Below are positions 25,224 to 37,576 of a DNA stretch of 64,000 bases, in pieces. Within the stretch, counting starts at the first letter, position 1. Each line of letters opens with the position of its first letter. The notes under the pieces are model-generated. The model was not told the DNA's origin. It did no database searches and worked only from the letters and a program-made list of their open reading frames with translations. Location: positions 744,001 to 808,000 of the forward strand of contig CDLV01000012.1 in assembly GCA_001244265.2 (NCBI GenBank), read 5' to 3'. Position numbers and translations under genes: made by a program. Source of the stretch: Microbotryum violaceum. Lineage: Eukaryota.

Positions 25224-25517
25224 CCAATAGGAGTTTCCTTTTTCAAGTCGGCCAAATCGGCGTGCGAAATTAAGTCACCCCGAAAATTAAGTCACCCCGA
25301 AGAGGGGAAAGTCGGGAAAGTGCGCTGCTACTAGGGGATCGTATGGTATCACTTCAAATAAGTCCGAAGTCGGGAGACCTCCAAGTTCCAAAGAGCACGA
25401 GGCTGCCTCAACCTCTCTCTCGACTCGATCAGTGTGTGCGAGGAATGCAGTACTACATTACAAAAAGAACGGGCAGGCGATATTGTCAAAATTCTTTACA
25501 CTTCAGATCGCTTTCGC

Positions 25518-27715
25518 TCATGCAGAGAGTTCGATGAGGTTATCAGCGACGTCGAACTTGGCACCCGTGGCCTTGCGCACATCCTCGACCGTGACCCCAG
25601 GTTGCAGCTCGGACAGGACCATTTTCTTGTTGGCGCGGTCGATGTCAAACACACACAGGTCGGTGATGATCTGCGACACGCAGTTGACACCGGTCAAAGG
25701 TAAGGTGCACGTATCGAGAATCTTGTGCTTGCCACCCTTGGCGACGTGGTCCATCACAATGACGACCTTGGTCTTTTCCGGGTTCGAAACGAGATCCATC
25801 GCGCCACCAGGTCCCTTAACCATCTTGCCCGGGATCATGTAGTTGGCCAAATCACCACTCGCCGAGACTTGCATCGCACCGAGCATCGAGACGTCGACAT
25901 GACCACCACGGATCATGGCGAATGATTCAGTCGAGTCGAACGTCGAAGCACCGGGCAAAAGCGTGACGGTCTCCTTGCCGGCGTTGATGATGTCGGCGTC
26001 GACCTGCTCCTTGGTCGGGTAAGGGCCCATGCCGAGGATGCCGTTCTCGGATTGCATGTGGATGACCGTCCCCGGCTCGAGGAATGAAGGCGCAAGTGTC
26101 GGCATCCCGATACCGAGGTTGACGTACATGCCCTCCTTCAACTCCTTGGCCGCTCGCTTCGCGATCCTTTCGCGGCGGAGCTGACCGACATCTTTGCCCG
26201 AATTGGCATCGTCGTCGCTCTTGCGCAAAACTTCAATCTCGACCTGCTTCGGTGTTGTAGACTGAACGACGCGATTAACAAAGACACCGGGGACATGGAT
26301 ATTGTTGGGGTCCAAGGAGCCGATGGGGACGATCTCCTCGGCCTCGACGATTGTGACCTTGGCCGATCGAGCCATGGCACCCGAGAAGTTTTGTGCCGCG
26401 TATCGGAACACGCAGTTGCCGTACTCGTCGGCCTTCCAAACCTTGATGAAGGCGTAGTCACCCTTGATCGCCTCCTCCATGATGTAGCCCTTGCCGTCGA
26501 ACTCCCTCACTTCCCTAGGCTTGCCGGGAATGTCGACCTCTTGCTTGCCTCCCTCTTTGTATCGGATCGGGATCTCGCCTGTCTGCACAGCGGTTCCGTA
26601 ACCGGCGGGGGTGTAGAAGGCGGGGATACCGGCTCCACCGGCTCGGCATCTTTCGGCGAGCGATCCCTGAGGGGTGAGCTCGAGGGATATTTTTCCGTTA
26701 AGGTAGAGGCCCTCAAAGTGCTGTGTGGTTATAATGCAAAGGGTCGGGTCAGAATTCGACACTCGAGACCATAATGTCTAGATTTTCACTGGCCTTGTTG
26801 GCTCCAAGGTAAGACGAGATCATGCGGTCGATTTGGCCCGAGTGCAAGAGGATACCTGATGAGAGAGCAATTCGAAAGATGAACAGTCAGCGCATAAGAC
26901 CCTTTGCCTACGGGTGTTGTCATGCGGGAAAGGTACTCACCGAGACCAAGCTTGTCAACACCGGCATTGTTGGAGACGCAAGTGAGGTTCTTGACCTCGG
27001 GTCGCTTGGAGAGAGCTCCGATGAGCGTGTCTAAAGGAAGCGGGGGTGGGCGAGGTATGAGCCATTTTGTCCGGAAATGGCCATAGTCGGGGTATCGAGA
27101 CCCTCAGTGAGCACTCACCAGCAGTTCCGCATAACCCGAAACCTGAAGGAAGGAAGGATGAGGATTCCCGAGGTCAGCTCAATGCCCTTGTAGCGGCAAT
27201 CTAGAGAGTATGGCTGGCGCGGGACATCGTTCAGCCCGAAGGCGAGATCATCGGCACAAGCTGTGGCTGGGCTGCAACTCCAAACACCCCCACCATGCGA
27301 TCTCCTCCGCACATCAGATTGATACGATATCAATCTTTAGTTTAGCCGACATCAAGCCGAGCCTAGGCCTCTTCCGAGCCACATAAGGATGTGCCGCGGC
27401 CCGGCACGTCCCGAGTCGCTGCAACTCGGCGGGAGACGGGTACTGACCTCCGGACAAGAGAATCGAGTCTCCCTTGACATCGGCGACAGCCTCCTCTGCT
27501 GAGCCCCAGATCTTGCTGACGGAGCTCTTGGGCGAGGTAGGAGCGACGGAGAGCACGCGAGGCGAGACCGAGAATGCTCGAGCGAGCGGCTAAAGATTTG
27601 GTGGGGAGGCAGGGACATCGGTGGTCAGCGGGCAAGTCCGAATGCACGTAGGGAAGGGTCGACGACTTACTCGAGAAGCACGGAGCGAGGATCGACAGGG
27701 AAGCAGGCTCATCAT
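25518..27715 (-). CDS. OXCT1: Succinyl-CoA:3-ketoacid CoA transferase (SCOT), mitochondrial
   Basis: Presequence [58 protein letters not shown], catalytic MQSENG and [12 protein letters not shown]. Confidence 0.96.
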
Positions 27716-28328
27716 GTTTTGGAGATGTTTTTGGGATGAGGATTGAGTGGGTTAGCGGGAGGGTGCAAAGGGAAAGCGAGAAACGGAGTGCACCACTCGA
27801 TCCTTCTCCGCGCTGGAGCTCCGGCACTGAACTGGCACTGATCTGCGCTGATCCGGCGAGACGAGGCCGCGGCAACCGCTTCGTGGAGCGCGGCAAATCG
27901 CCCGCGCTCGGAGAAACGTACGACGCGCCCACCTGACCGACTCGCTGCAAAGTTGACCGTGCAAGAAGTTGGCTGAGCACTCTCATGATCGCGGAATATA
28001 TACAAAGGAATGTATAATGATTTCACTGAGTAGAAAGAAGTGTTGCTAGTGTCAGAACCCAATCATATCTGATTCTCTTCCAATCCTATTTACTTCTCAT
28101 GCCACTATTTCACTTCTACTTTGCACTCCTTTAGCCTATTCCCACTACGCCGGATCCCAGCGCCTGATTGAGACTCGGTTGACACGTTGGCTTGGGTTGA
28201 AGTCGCGCGCCTCGCGGGCACTCGTCTCTCTTCCTTCTTCATCCATCTTCCATCCTCAATTGTGCTCGTACTCAACCCCTTGAGTCGGGATCCAGACTTC
28301 TAATAGCTAGTGCCGCCCTCTGATCCAT

Positions 28329-30215
28329 TCAATCTTTCTTGCACGCGCCCTCAAAGTCGATATACAACTCCTGTCGCTCCTGGACATACTCGGCCCATTC
28401 GTCGAGCGGGCACGACCCTCCGCGGCCATGATGGCACGCCGGCACCTTCTGAGGGGCACCATTGACGAGGATGCGCATGTAGTCCGTATCATCGCCCTTG
28501 CAGCTCAACCTCTCGAGAGCGATGTGGCCCAAGAACGGCAGCAGGCTGAATACAGGGGCGAGCAAGAGATAAGACGATCAGCCCGACTCAGTCTTTGCCA
28601 AGCACTGAGTGAGAGATGCGCTCACTGAGAGGTATGCCATGCTCGATCATGGTCAAGTCGATGCGGATCGATCGTCGTCGTGTTCCACAATCCGAGGGCA
28701 ACGAGAACAACCGCCGGTTCTTCTCGATGGGAAAAGTAAGGGAACAGGAGCTGGGTGTGCTCCTCATCCGGCGGTGCTGAAGGCGGCGGGAGCTTGGAGC
28801 CGGAAGTGAGATGGGGATGCGGCCCTTGGAAAGCCGCAATAAGGTTGTGAGTCGAGACGTTGACCCAGGGCATACCAAGGTGAGGCGCGAATCTAGCGCC
28901 GTAGCCGACCTGGTAGTGGTACTTGATGTCGTTCCAGTAGCCAAACGAGCGAAACTCGTACTCGGTGAATAGTTCGGACGAACAGAAGCGAGAGGAGCGG
29001 CTCTTGAGGATCTACACAGCTCGAACAGGGGTGCTGGGGAGAATCAGATCTTGCCGGACGCGCTGTCTTCCAGGCACTTTGCGCTGGACTCACGACTGAT
29101 TCATAGCCGCAAAGCATTTGCAAACCAATGATGTCGTTTAACGCAAAGCCTACTTCAGGCGCCCACTCCTGCAGTCGCTTCAACGGCTCGGGACCGTAAG
29201 TCTCGAGCCAGATTTGAGCTTCGGGCTTTCCAACCTCCTTGGTAAATGCTGGGCAGAGTTTCTGCGGATGCTTGAAAAAATATCAGCCTCAAATTCCCAT
29301 GCGCAGTGCTTGTATGCGTCTCTCATTGCTCACATGCGGTGTCAAGCTGCTGGCCCAATCGGGGGACTTGTTGGGGACCTTGACGAGCGAAACGAACTTG
29401 CCGTCCCCCTCTCCGTCGTCTCCTTCCTGGTGATTCGGGAAAGCGCCGCGGATCCAGGCCTTGGACGATTCGATGTCTCGCTCCGAACTCGCAGTGAAAA
29501 TCTGTTGCCGAGTGAGCGGGCGGATCAGGGACGAAATTCCTTCGCGAGCCAAGCTAGAGCTTACCTTGAAAGGCTCTTCGACCTTGTCCCCCTTCTTGCC
29601 TTTGCTGCCCGACTTTTCTTTTTTCCCATAGTGCTTAGGCGGCATCAAAGGGCCATAGAGATATCGCATCCTCTTTCCCAAACCAAAAGCATCCTTCCTT
29701 CCCGGCTCCGTCAGCATCTCCACCTGATCTTCCTCAATCGGGACCTTCCATTTCCCGAGAAACCTCAGCGGATTCTTGTGGTCCAAAGCTCGCAGCGACT
29801 TGCGTGCGGCGTAGATCTTGTCCACGGTAGGTTTCATGAAGTCATCCCATTCGTCATCGTTAGCGTAGACTGCCGAATGGCGGATCAAGAATGCCGCGGC
29901 TGAGACTTTGCAGCCTTCGGGGGGCTCGAGGTTGGCTCCCGGGGCGTCGTGGTAGGGCGAGATGCCGCTCATGTCTGTGTCCCGGTTCAATGTATCAATT
30001 TTATAGGTTCTTAATACCATGGAAATGAAGATAGATCTTATCGACTCACGCTCAAGAGGATTGAAAGGCTGGGGACGGTTGTGATGCCCGCTGAAACGGA
30101 GCTGCGATCCGGTCGCCGTCGAGTACATGTTCATTGCGGAGGGCGCACCATTTACGAGCGCCGCCCGGACAGACATCGAGAGTAGCACCAACAGTCTTGC
30201 CACGACCAGTGCCAT
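28329..30215 (-). CDS. Secreted histidine acid phosphatase/phytase family protein
   Basis: Signal peptide; PPEGCKVSAAAFLIRHSAVYAN, FTASSERDIESSKAW, FSHREEP, GHIALERLSC and YMRILVNG. Confidence 0.85.
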
Positions 30216-30832
30216 ACCTGAGCAAATGAACATATCTATGTCTGAGCCTTGACTGGACGCGGTGCAGTGCAGGCTGCAGAAACAAGAAGAGCAAGAGTTG
30301 CGCAACCGCGTTCGGAAGGTAGCCGAGAGGCGTTCTCCGAGGTCAATGACGCGCGCTCCGCCCAAGAGAGCGAGCGATCGGGCAGGATGTAATCGGCATC
30401 GAATCTCGTGCAACGTTGCACTGGACCGCTCCCACACAAAGCACAGCTTTAGGTAGAAAACGAGTCTGGCTGAGTACATTTATCTACATGTCCTTGAAAG
30501 ATTGCACCACAAAACACCTCCATCAGATAATGTCCTCGGGCGCCCGCGCGCGCCGACATTTTGTCTCCTCCCCACGGCCCGGGGCGATTGAGTGCGACGT
30601 GCTCACAAATTGGGTCATGATGGGTCCGAAGACGGGTGGGAAAAGGCAGGATCTACGTTTCCAACTTGGGCTGGATCGAGAAAAGCTGACGTGGTGACGA
30701 ACACGCTCGACAACGCCGCCGCTCATTGTTACCGCGCGCCTCCGACTGCGAATCCTTACCGATTTACATGTGGCGCCCAACCCTTCACTCCTCTCTGGCA
30801 CCCAGCTCCTTAGCCTTATCTCTCGTCCCAGC

Positions 30833-32019
30833 ATGCCACCTCGGATACGAAAGGTGCTCTTTGACGCTTTCGGCACCCTTTTCTCCCCTCGTACACCCGT
30901 TGCTAACCAGTACGCCGACGTCGCTCGCTTGTCCGACCTAAATGTTGATCCGGAGCAGGTCAAACAGGGGTTCAAGATAGGTACGCAGCTTCATTCGTGC
31001 AGGCGGCCTTTACCCTATCTTTGAATCTTCTCTCGGACACTCCCTTCAATCTGTGGTGTTCACCTGCTGATGTCGCATCACCTTCGCCTCGACTTTCATC
31101 ACGATCGCTTCGAATAACTTCGATATCGCCAACAGCTTACAAGCATTGGGCCAAGACACATCCGGTGTACGGTCGGTGCTCTACACCACCTCTCGATCCC
31201 ACACTCTGGTGGTCCGGTCTAATTCGAGACACGTTCCATCACGCGGGAGTGACTGAACGAGGTGAGCTCGGGAGGTGGATCACTGAGGTTCAAACTCGAG
31301 GATGCTCATCGCTGATGGGGCCTCATTATTTACCTGATTTCAGAACTCGAAGAAGTCGAATCTATTCTGACAAAAACTCTCATCGAACGTTTTTGGTGCG
31401 CCGAGGGTTACTCACTGCACGACGATGTCCTGCCGGCTTTTCAGCGGCTGGGGGCTCTCTCCCAAACTCCCGATCCTTCATTGCGGTCACCTCACTTTGG
31501 CGTCGTCTCAGGTTCGGATCCAGGAGTGATCAAAGTTCTTCGATCGTTGGGCCTTTTGGTTGACGAGGGACACGTATTAGTAGATGGGCGATCAGAATTT
31601 TGTCAGGAGAACCGATGGGGGATCAAGGAAGACGAGATTTTCACGACTTGGGCGGTGGGTAAGGAGAAAAACGATGTGCAATTTTGGGAAGATGTGTTGG
31701 AGCAGTTCAGAGTTATTGAGGGGAAGGAGTGTGAGGCGAAAAACTTTCTGGTAGTTGGGGATGAGTTGGTCAAGTAAATCAAGCTCGGTCGTCTATCTGA
31801 AGAGCCAATTTCACACACGCTCAACTCTTACCACTCTCTATCTACAGTGATTACATGACACCGAGGAAGCTCGGATTTCAGTGCCTCTTGCTGCGGAGAC
31901 CCTTGGACGAACAGGCGAGAATGACGATCGATGACGAAGTTGGTCAAGAAGACGGGGTCGAAAGTGTTAGGAGTCTTGTCGAAGTGGCGAATTGGATTGA
32001 GAGGCGACATACCAGATAA
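30833..32019 (+). CDS. HAD-superfamily hydrolase (HDHD3/REG-2-like)
   Basis: VLFDAFGTLF (motif I), WWSGLIRDTF, GVVSGSD, VGKEK and LVVGDELV / DYMTPRKLG; multi-exon. Confidence 0.85.
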
Positions 32020-32138
32020 GGGATGCATTGTAGTATCGACTAACATCACCGTGTTGTTGTATCATAATTATACGACTGTCGCCACCAACCTAGGTAGCTC
32101 CGTTCAAGGCAATCATACTCCTTGTTCGACGCCGAGGG

Positions 32139-32729
32139 TTGCGGGCGAGCGTACGCGAGGTTCTTCCGCCCCTATCACCCGACCAACCGGACGAAAACAA
32201 TACTCGGTTCAAGGACGTTTTCTCCTCGCTTATGCGACTACAAACGCTCGCGCAAGAGCTCGAGTTCAAAGTCGTGAACGCAGTCTTGCTCGACTACCTC
32301 AACGGATGGACCCAGAGGGACTGGCACGAGATCGCGTTGAGCGACTCGGCTCTGGTGACGAGGATGCGTGCCGTTGTTCATGCGCCCCAGCCCCGTGATT
32401 CCCTCACGTTATCTCGTGTCTCAAGAAACCGGGGCAACTCACGGCGACCGTCTCAGTCGACCTCGCAAGTCGACCTCGCAACGATGACCCCGGCGGAGTA
32501 TGGTCGGCACGTCGAACAGTTCGAAGGAGCGGCCAATGATGATGGTTCTCTCCTGTACAACGCGGTGAGTCAATTAGTCTTCGAGTTCAGAGAGAGAGAT
32601 CCGCCAAAAGACTCTCTCTCTCTTTCTCTTTCCTCACCAAACTCAGGCGAGGATACCGGCGCTGCAAAATCATCAGGCTCTCCTCCAATGCTTGAGCCAA
32701 GGTTCCAAGCGAGCGGTGATGCTGAGTAA
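32139..32729 (+). pseudogene. Orphan ORF or gene fragment, possibly degenerate RNase III-like
   Basis: 196-codon open frame with plausible splice sites (donor 32368, acceptors 32456/32469, donor 32565); no clear start; family resemblance by eye only. Confidence 0.35.
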
Positions 32730-33618
32730 GTACACATCCGACCCATCCCACACATTTCCGATCTACCCCGTGCGACGTATTACGTCATCGCGTGCGCTGA
32801 CTCGGACCGCCTGTGACGGTATCGTCTCGACCCTTTCTGCCCCTCACAGGCCCACAAGCGGCGGACGATAAAACGTCAATCGGCTCACCAGGTCTCCCAC
32901 GACCTCAACCCTTTTTCCCTTCAAGATTCCCTCAACCATCGATGCAATGTGAGCCTCCACTCCACTCCAGGGCGCGCACGGCCGGAGCGTTCCAGCGCTG
33001 CCAGTGACTCATGATGTCTCTTGCGCTCCAGAGCCTCGACTGAGCTCGTCAAGGCGGACGCGTTGGCAACAACAATGGATGAACGGAATGGAATGAGAGG
33101 AAGGGAAGGAGTGGCGGGCTTTATGTCCCATGGTTTCGTTTCTGCTTTTTGTGGGGTCGCATCGAGAAGCTGTCCCTTTTGCTTTAGTTTCGGCTAGGGC
33201 AAGTTCGCGGGCCAGATGCAATGCGAGCTAGGAGGCTCCCGAGTTCGGGCCACCCGCGGCTAGTACCGATCCGATCGTACCAAATCCGACGTCACACCTC
33301 ACGTGCGACTTCGGGGACGTTCTGGCGGGTGGATGTGAGGGCGGGGTGCTAGTATTTAGTCAGACTTTTTAGAGCACTCCCGATGATTGGTAATCGTATC
33401 TTCGGTCAAGTTCCATCCTCCGGGGATCTGCTTACTCATCAGAGTTCGGAGAGCGACTCGGCGGTTTCCTTCGTCCCCAACTTTCCCTTTCCTTCCCTCC
33501 TGCTTCCCTCCGCTCCTCTCTTCTTCCTGATCATATATCAGCCAAGTTTAAATCACCTGCTCAGTCATCGAATACATCAGCACCCAATCAGTCACTCCCC
33601 TTTCAAAAAAAAGCCATC

Positions 33619-35047
33619 ATGGTTCGCAACGAGCAGCTCATTTTCGCGACGACCCCGAACGAGTACCCCATTCCGGGCGAGGTGAGTACGATGCCTTTAG
33701 CGGAGCTACGTGGATCTCGAGTCTCCTGTATGGTTTTCATGATGGTCAAACTTGGTCGACTGGAAGTGCTTTGGCGCAACTGTGGTCGCACCTGGTGTCC
33801 AAGCGTCGGTCCGAGGCTTAACGGTCAAGTCATAAGTCCGAGCGCAGCGTCGGCGTTTATTAGTAATCAGCACGTCACTTCGAGCACCTTGGCACTTAGC
33901 GATGAAGCTCTTCCATCGGGAGCACTGCCAACACAGAAGCTCGGCATCCCTAGATTGGGCCAATCACTGATAATCACGACCTTATCCTTTTCACCTCGAT
34001 TCGAGTAGACGTTGCGCAAGGAAACCTCGGACTTTGACGCCACTCAATCCGCGCCGTCAGGAGGTCTGGTCACCAAGACCGTCTGTCTTTCGCTCGATCC
34101 TTACCTCCGTGGCCGACTGAGGGATGGCGGTGACTCCTACGTCCCCGCTTTTGAGAAGGGAAAGCCGATCGAGAACTTTGGCATCAGCGAAGTCCTTTCC
34201 TCGTCGGCCGAAGGGATCAAGGAAGGGGACCGAGTATACGGATCGACTCGTTTCGCCGAGTACAACATCTTCACCGCGGACCAGGTCAAGGGTTTGAAGG
34301 TGATTAAGAACGACGAGAAGCTTCCCTGGACGACTTGGGTCGGTGCGGCCGGAATGCCTGGACAGACGGCTTGGTGGGCATTGAAGCACATCGGTCAGCC
34401 CAAGAAAGGTGAAACAATCTTCGTCAGCGGCGCGAGTGGCGCCGTCGGACAGTGAGTCATGATCGCCTTTTATTTCTTGCAGATGTAACTCCCCTGAGTC
34501 CCTTGGCTTCATGAACTGAACGCGCCATGGTTCCCTTACCAGATTGGTGATCGCGTTGGCGCACTCGGCTGGTCTCAAGGTCATCGCTTCGGCCGGCTCG
34601 GATGAAAAGGTCGACTTCCTCAAGTCCCACCTTAACGTCGAAGTCGCTTTCAACTACAAGACCAAACCGACACTCGAGATCCTCAAGAAGAACCCCTTCC
34701 AAATCTATTGGGACAACATTGGTGGCGAGACGCTCGAGAACGTCTTGGCGACGATCGAGAGCAAGGGCCGTATCATCGCTTGTGGCGCGGCGTCGCAGTA
34801 CAACACACGTACGCCTTACGGAATCAAGAACTCGTTCCAGATCACGGCCAAGTCGTTGAAGGTCCAGGGCTTCATAATCTTGACTGAGGATATCACGGGC
34901 TTCTACGATGAGGTTCCCAAGTTGATCGCTGAGGGCAAGGTTCCCGAACCCAAGGAGCACCACGTCAAGGGGTTGGACCAGGGTGAGGCGTTCACGGCCT
35001 TGTTGAAAGGTGACAGCACGGGCAAGGTCGTCTACATCTTTGAGTAG
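33619..35047 (+). CDS. NADP-dependent MDR oxidoreductase (prostaglandin reductase/alkenal reductase-like)
   Basis: CLSLDPYLRGR, GAAGMPGQTAW, GETIFVSGASGAVGQ, YWDNIGGETLE, GRIIACG and STGKVV; introns 33682-34008 and ~34452-34542. Confidence 0.93.
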
Positions 35048-35498
35048 ACGTCGCGTTTACTTCTTTTACGCTTGAGCTTGTTCTTCGACCCATTGCAAAT
35101 ATGTGACCCATCGTAAATATTTAAATATAGCATCGCGCCGCAATCAGACTATCTCGTCCTCTCTTGAAGATTTGAAATCCTAAAATTCCAACTTGTTTTT
35201 AGATTCAAACTGATGTTATGATAGAGCTAGCTGCGAGCTAGCTGCGAGCAAGCAGGATGTGACGGTCGGGTCAGACTCGGTCAAAACGCGACAAAGATAG
35301 GAGCTCAAGTCGCCTGGCGTGGACTTAACGATAAAGGTGTGGAACGAGCTCAAGAGGCCAACAACGAGGGACAGCCCCTTAGAGAGGTGAAGAATGACGC
35401 ATACACTTCATCTCTCCTTGCGGACAGATCTATGATCTCCTTCGGTGGCAGCGCCAGGCTGTCCTACCATTCGGTCGTCTCATTTTCGTTGTCGAAAA

Positions 35499-37400
35499 CC
35501 AGTGAGAACCCGTTAAATTAACGGGAGGATGAAATTCAAAAAATAGCAGGATAATCGAACAGTCTACATGATATCAGCGCAGAGGTTAAGACAATACGAA
35601 ATACAGCAAAGAAATAAAATCCATTCATCTTACATTCATTGCCGAAACAACCTGCATGTCGCTTGTTGCCGGACTTGGCTTCAAACACTCGTGCAATGAG
35701 ATCCGGACGGTTGCATGCTTTATCGGCCCCAGTGCAGCCTTGATTTCCGGTGAGTCGGGGTCATACGTCATCGTGATGAGCAGCGGAGGCTTTCCATGTT
35801 TGACATCGCACGCCATCGCATCCTGGTATCGCTGCGTGATGTCGCGATTTGGTTCGGGGTCGAGCCGTTGATGCCTTGGGTCGTGGTGAGGCGTAGGTTC
35901 TCTTGATGTAACCGGATGTGTTGAGTCAATCGGTCTTGACTTGGGAGTACATCCGTAATTCACGAACTCCAGGAAGGGACGTTGGGTGCAATGCGGGATT
36001 GAGGAGTGCTCGTCGCGTTTGGCAAGTAGTGCGCAAAGAATTGTGAACGCGAGACTCGCCACCTCGACCCCTTTACTTGACCTTCGTCCTAGGTGTTCAA
36101 AAGTTCAATTTCAGTCTGTGCTTGCGCCTTCGGTAGAATGGAACATCAGAGAAAGAGCCGAAGACGCGTACGTTCGCCATCACCATCCTCTTCGTCCCCT
36201 TCCTCGCCGTCTTCATCCTCATTGTCGCGGTCTTCGTCCTCCTGTTCGTCTTCGTCATCCAGACCGAGACCGGCAATTACCTCGCGCAATTGGACACCAT
36301 TGTCGATCTGCTCTCAGTTTCTGGCGATTGTCGGCCTGGCTTGGTGGAACCCCGCAAAGAGGAATGTTGGGGTGGAAGCCATCTTCCCGTGCAGGAAAAA
36401 GTAGTGGGTAACGGCGAGGCATCGCGGACGGATGGAGCGAGCTAACGATTTGGTACTTGGGCCGACCATCGGGACATCGATCACCGTGCACCTGGAGAAT
36501 AAGGTCTTGCGGTCCACGATCTCCCGTGTTGGTGTCGGAATCGCAGATAAGCATCGCCATTTCCGTGCTCGACGTAGGAGGGTTGTGGGTGCGTCGGTCT
36601 CGGCCTGGTGGTAGGCAGAGGCGCAGTATCCACTCTTTGGCCGAATCCCAACCTGCGCGAGCTTTGACCTATGCGAACTCCCTCACAAAGCGATTGCCGG
36701 TGCGCAGGATGGACGGGAGCTTGGTCAAAGTAGATCCTTGCATGCGACTGTCTGCGCCGTCGGGTTCAAGTCGAGTGTCGGTGGCCTCGGCCGGGTTGAT
36801 CAGCCATGTTTGAGCAAAGGTTGGGCGTTGATTCACGGCAGGGATCAGGGCACCGAGTCGATGATAGAGGCGACCAAACACGCGAAACACGGTGGCTCCT
36901 AGTTCCCAGTGCTGAGCCTTGCAGTGGGTGCACACGGCCGTCTGGGGGCCGAGGTCGTCGCGGATCGAAACGTGGGGCTTGAGGGGTTTGAGCGCCATTC
37001 GAGCCCGGCGCACTCGCCTTTGCGGAGGTGGTGGTGGTGGGGCGAGCCCAGCGTCGAGTTGGCCATCGCGCTGACGACGCTGTCCGTTCTGCACAGCTGC
37101 ACGGCGGGCTCGTATACGTGTCGCAATGCCAAGATCGGTTGAATTGTTGTCATGACGCGTGGGGGGCTGATTCTGTTGATCGGTGCGGGGCGAAGAGGAG
37201 GGTCGAGCCGCGGGGCGCCCAGCAGCGGGCGCTCGAGCGGGCCCATGGCAGCCCATGGTACGGCGCTACCCTCGCGCCCAAGACTTGGCGAGGTTGCGAT
37301 GGCCCTCCCTGAGTCCCTGGCGACCTTGGGACCGGGACATAGCAGCGAGGGTTTGTTCTTGAATGAGTGTCACTAAAATTGGATGAGAGTGAGAGGGAGA
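35499..37400 (-). mobile_element. Helitron remnant (internally deleted Rep region, no helicase) with intact 3' terminus
   Basis: Peptides CTHCKAQHW, VFRVFGRLYHRLGALIP...FAQ, LHPSAMP..YPLLFP..EDGFH and RYQDAMA..KHGKP.LLITMT match Helitron RepHel N-terminal regions; minus-strand 3' hairpin CCCGTTAA-T-TTAACGGG (35509-35525), then CTGG|T at 35502-35498. The 5' end was not located. Confidence 0.88.
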
Positions 37401-37576
37401 AAGGAAAGGTTCGAGGGAGTGGCGCAGGATTATCTACGTGGTTTGATTTGTTGTTCAGCCCCTAATGCCGCTGGTCGACTGCCGGAATGACACTGACACC
37501 GCCGGCGCACCGCATCACGTGACAAACGCCAGCCCTCGCCTCGCGCGTCAGGCAGAGCTCTGCTGTAGAAGCAATA

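Larger units (their letters stand above)
20522..25400 (-). mobile_element. Non-LTR retrotransposon (LINE, L1/Tx1-like clade), defective
   Basis: Gag-like ORF1 with two zinc knuckles; ORF2 with APE endonuclease, partial RT and C-terminal CCHC; A-rich 3' end with AATAAA on the minus strand near 20522-20541. The 5' boundary is approximate and no TSD was found. Confidence 0.92.

Noticed and set aside
20480..25500. Target-site duplication around the LINE
   Set aside because: No matching direct repeat found at both flanks by eye.
26856..26880. Hammerhead-like CTGATGA-GAG-AGCAA-TTC-GAAA
   Set aside because: No stem I/III partners or cleavage triplet nearby; it is the reverse complement of a SCOT intron acceptor (TCATCAG).
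28011..28075. Possible C/D snoRNA (ATGATT...CTGA)
   Set aside because: Box C is poor, there is no terminal stem and only a short possible rRNA complement.
33682..34008. Stop-free, in-frame 327-nt intron as a coding extension
   Set aside because: It ends in the TAG acceptor, so retention terminates translation; the peptide is not MDR-like.
10788..35047. Stop-codon readthrough (TGA CTA) cryptic PTS1 on GLO1, SCOT and the MDR reductase
   Set aside because: None has the TGA-CTA context, and no SKL-like terminus was seen downstream.
35225..35253. GCTAGCTGCGA tandem repeat as the Helitron 3' end
   Set aside because: CTAG is not followed by T on the minus strand; a better hairpin+CTRR|T end exists at 35499-35525.
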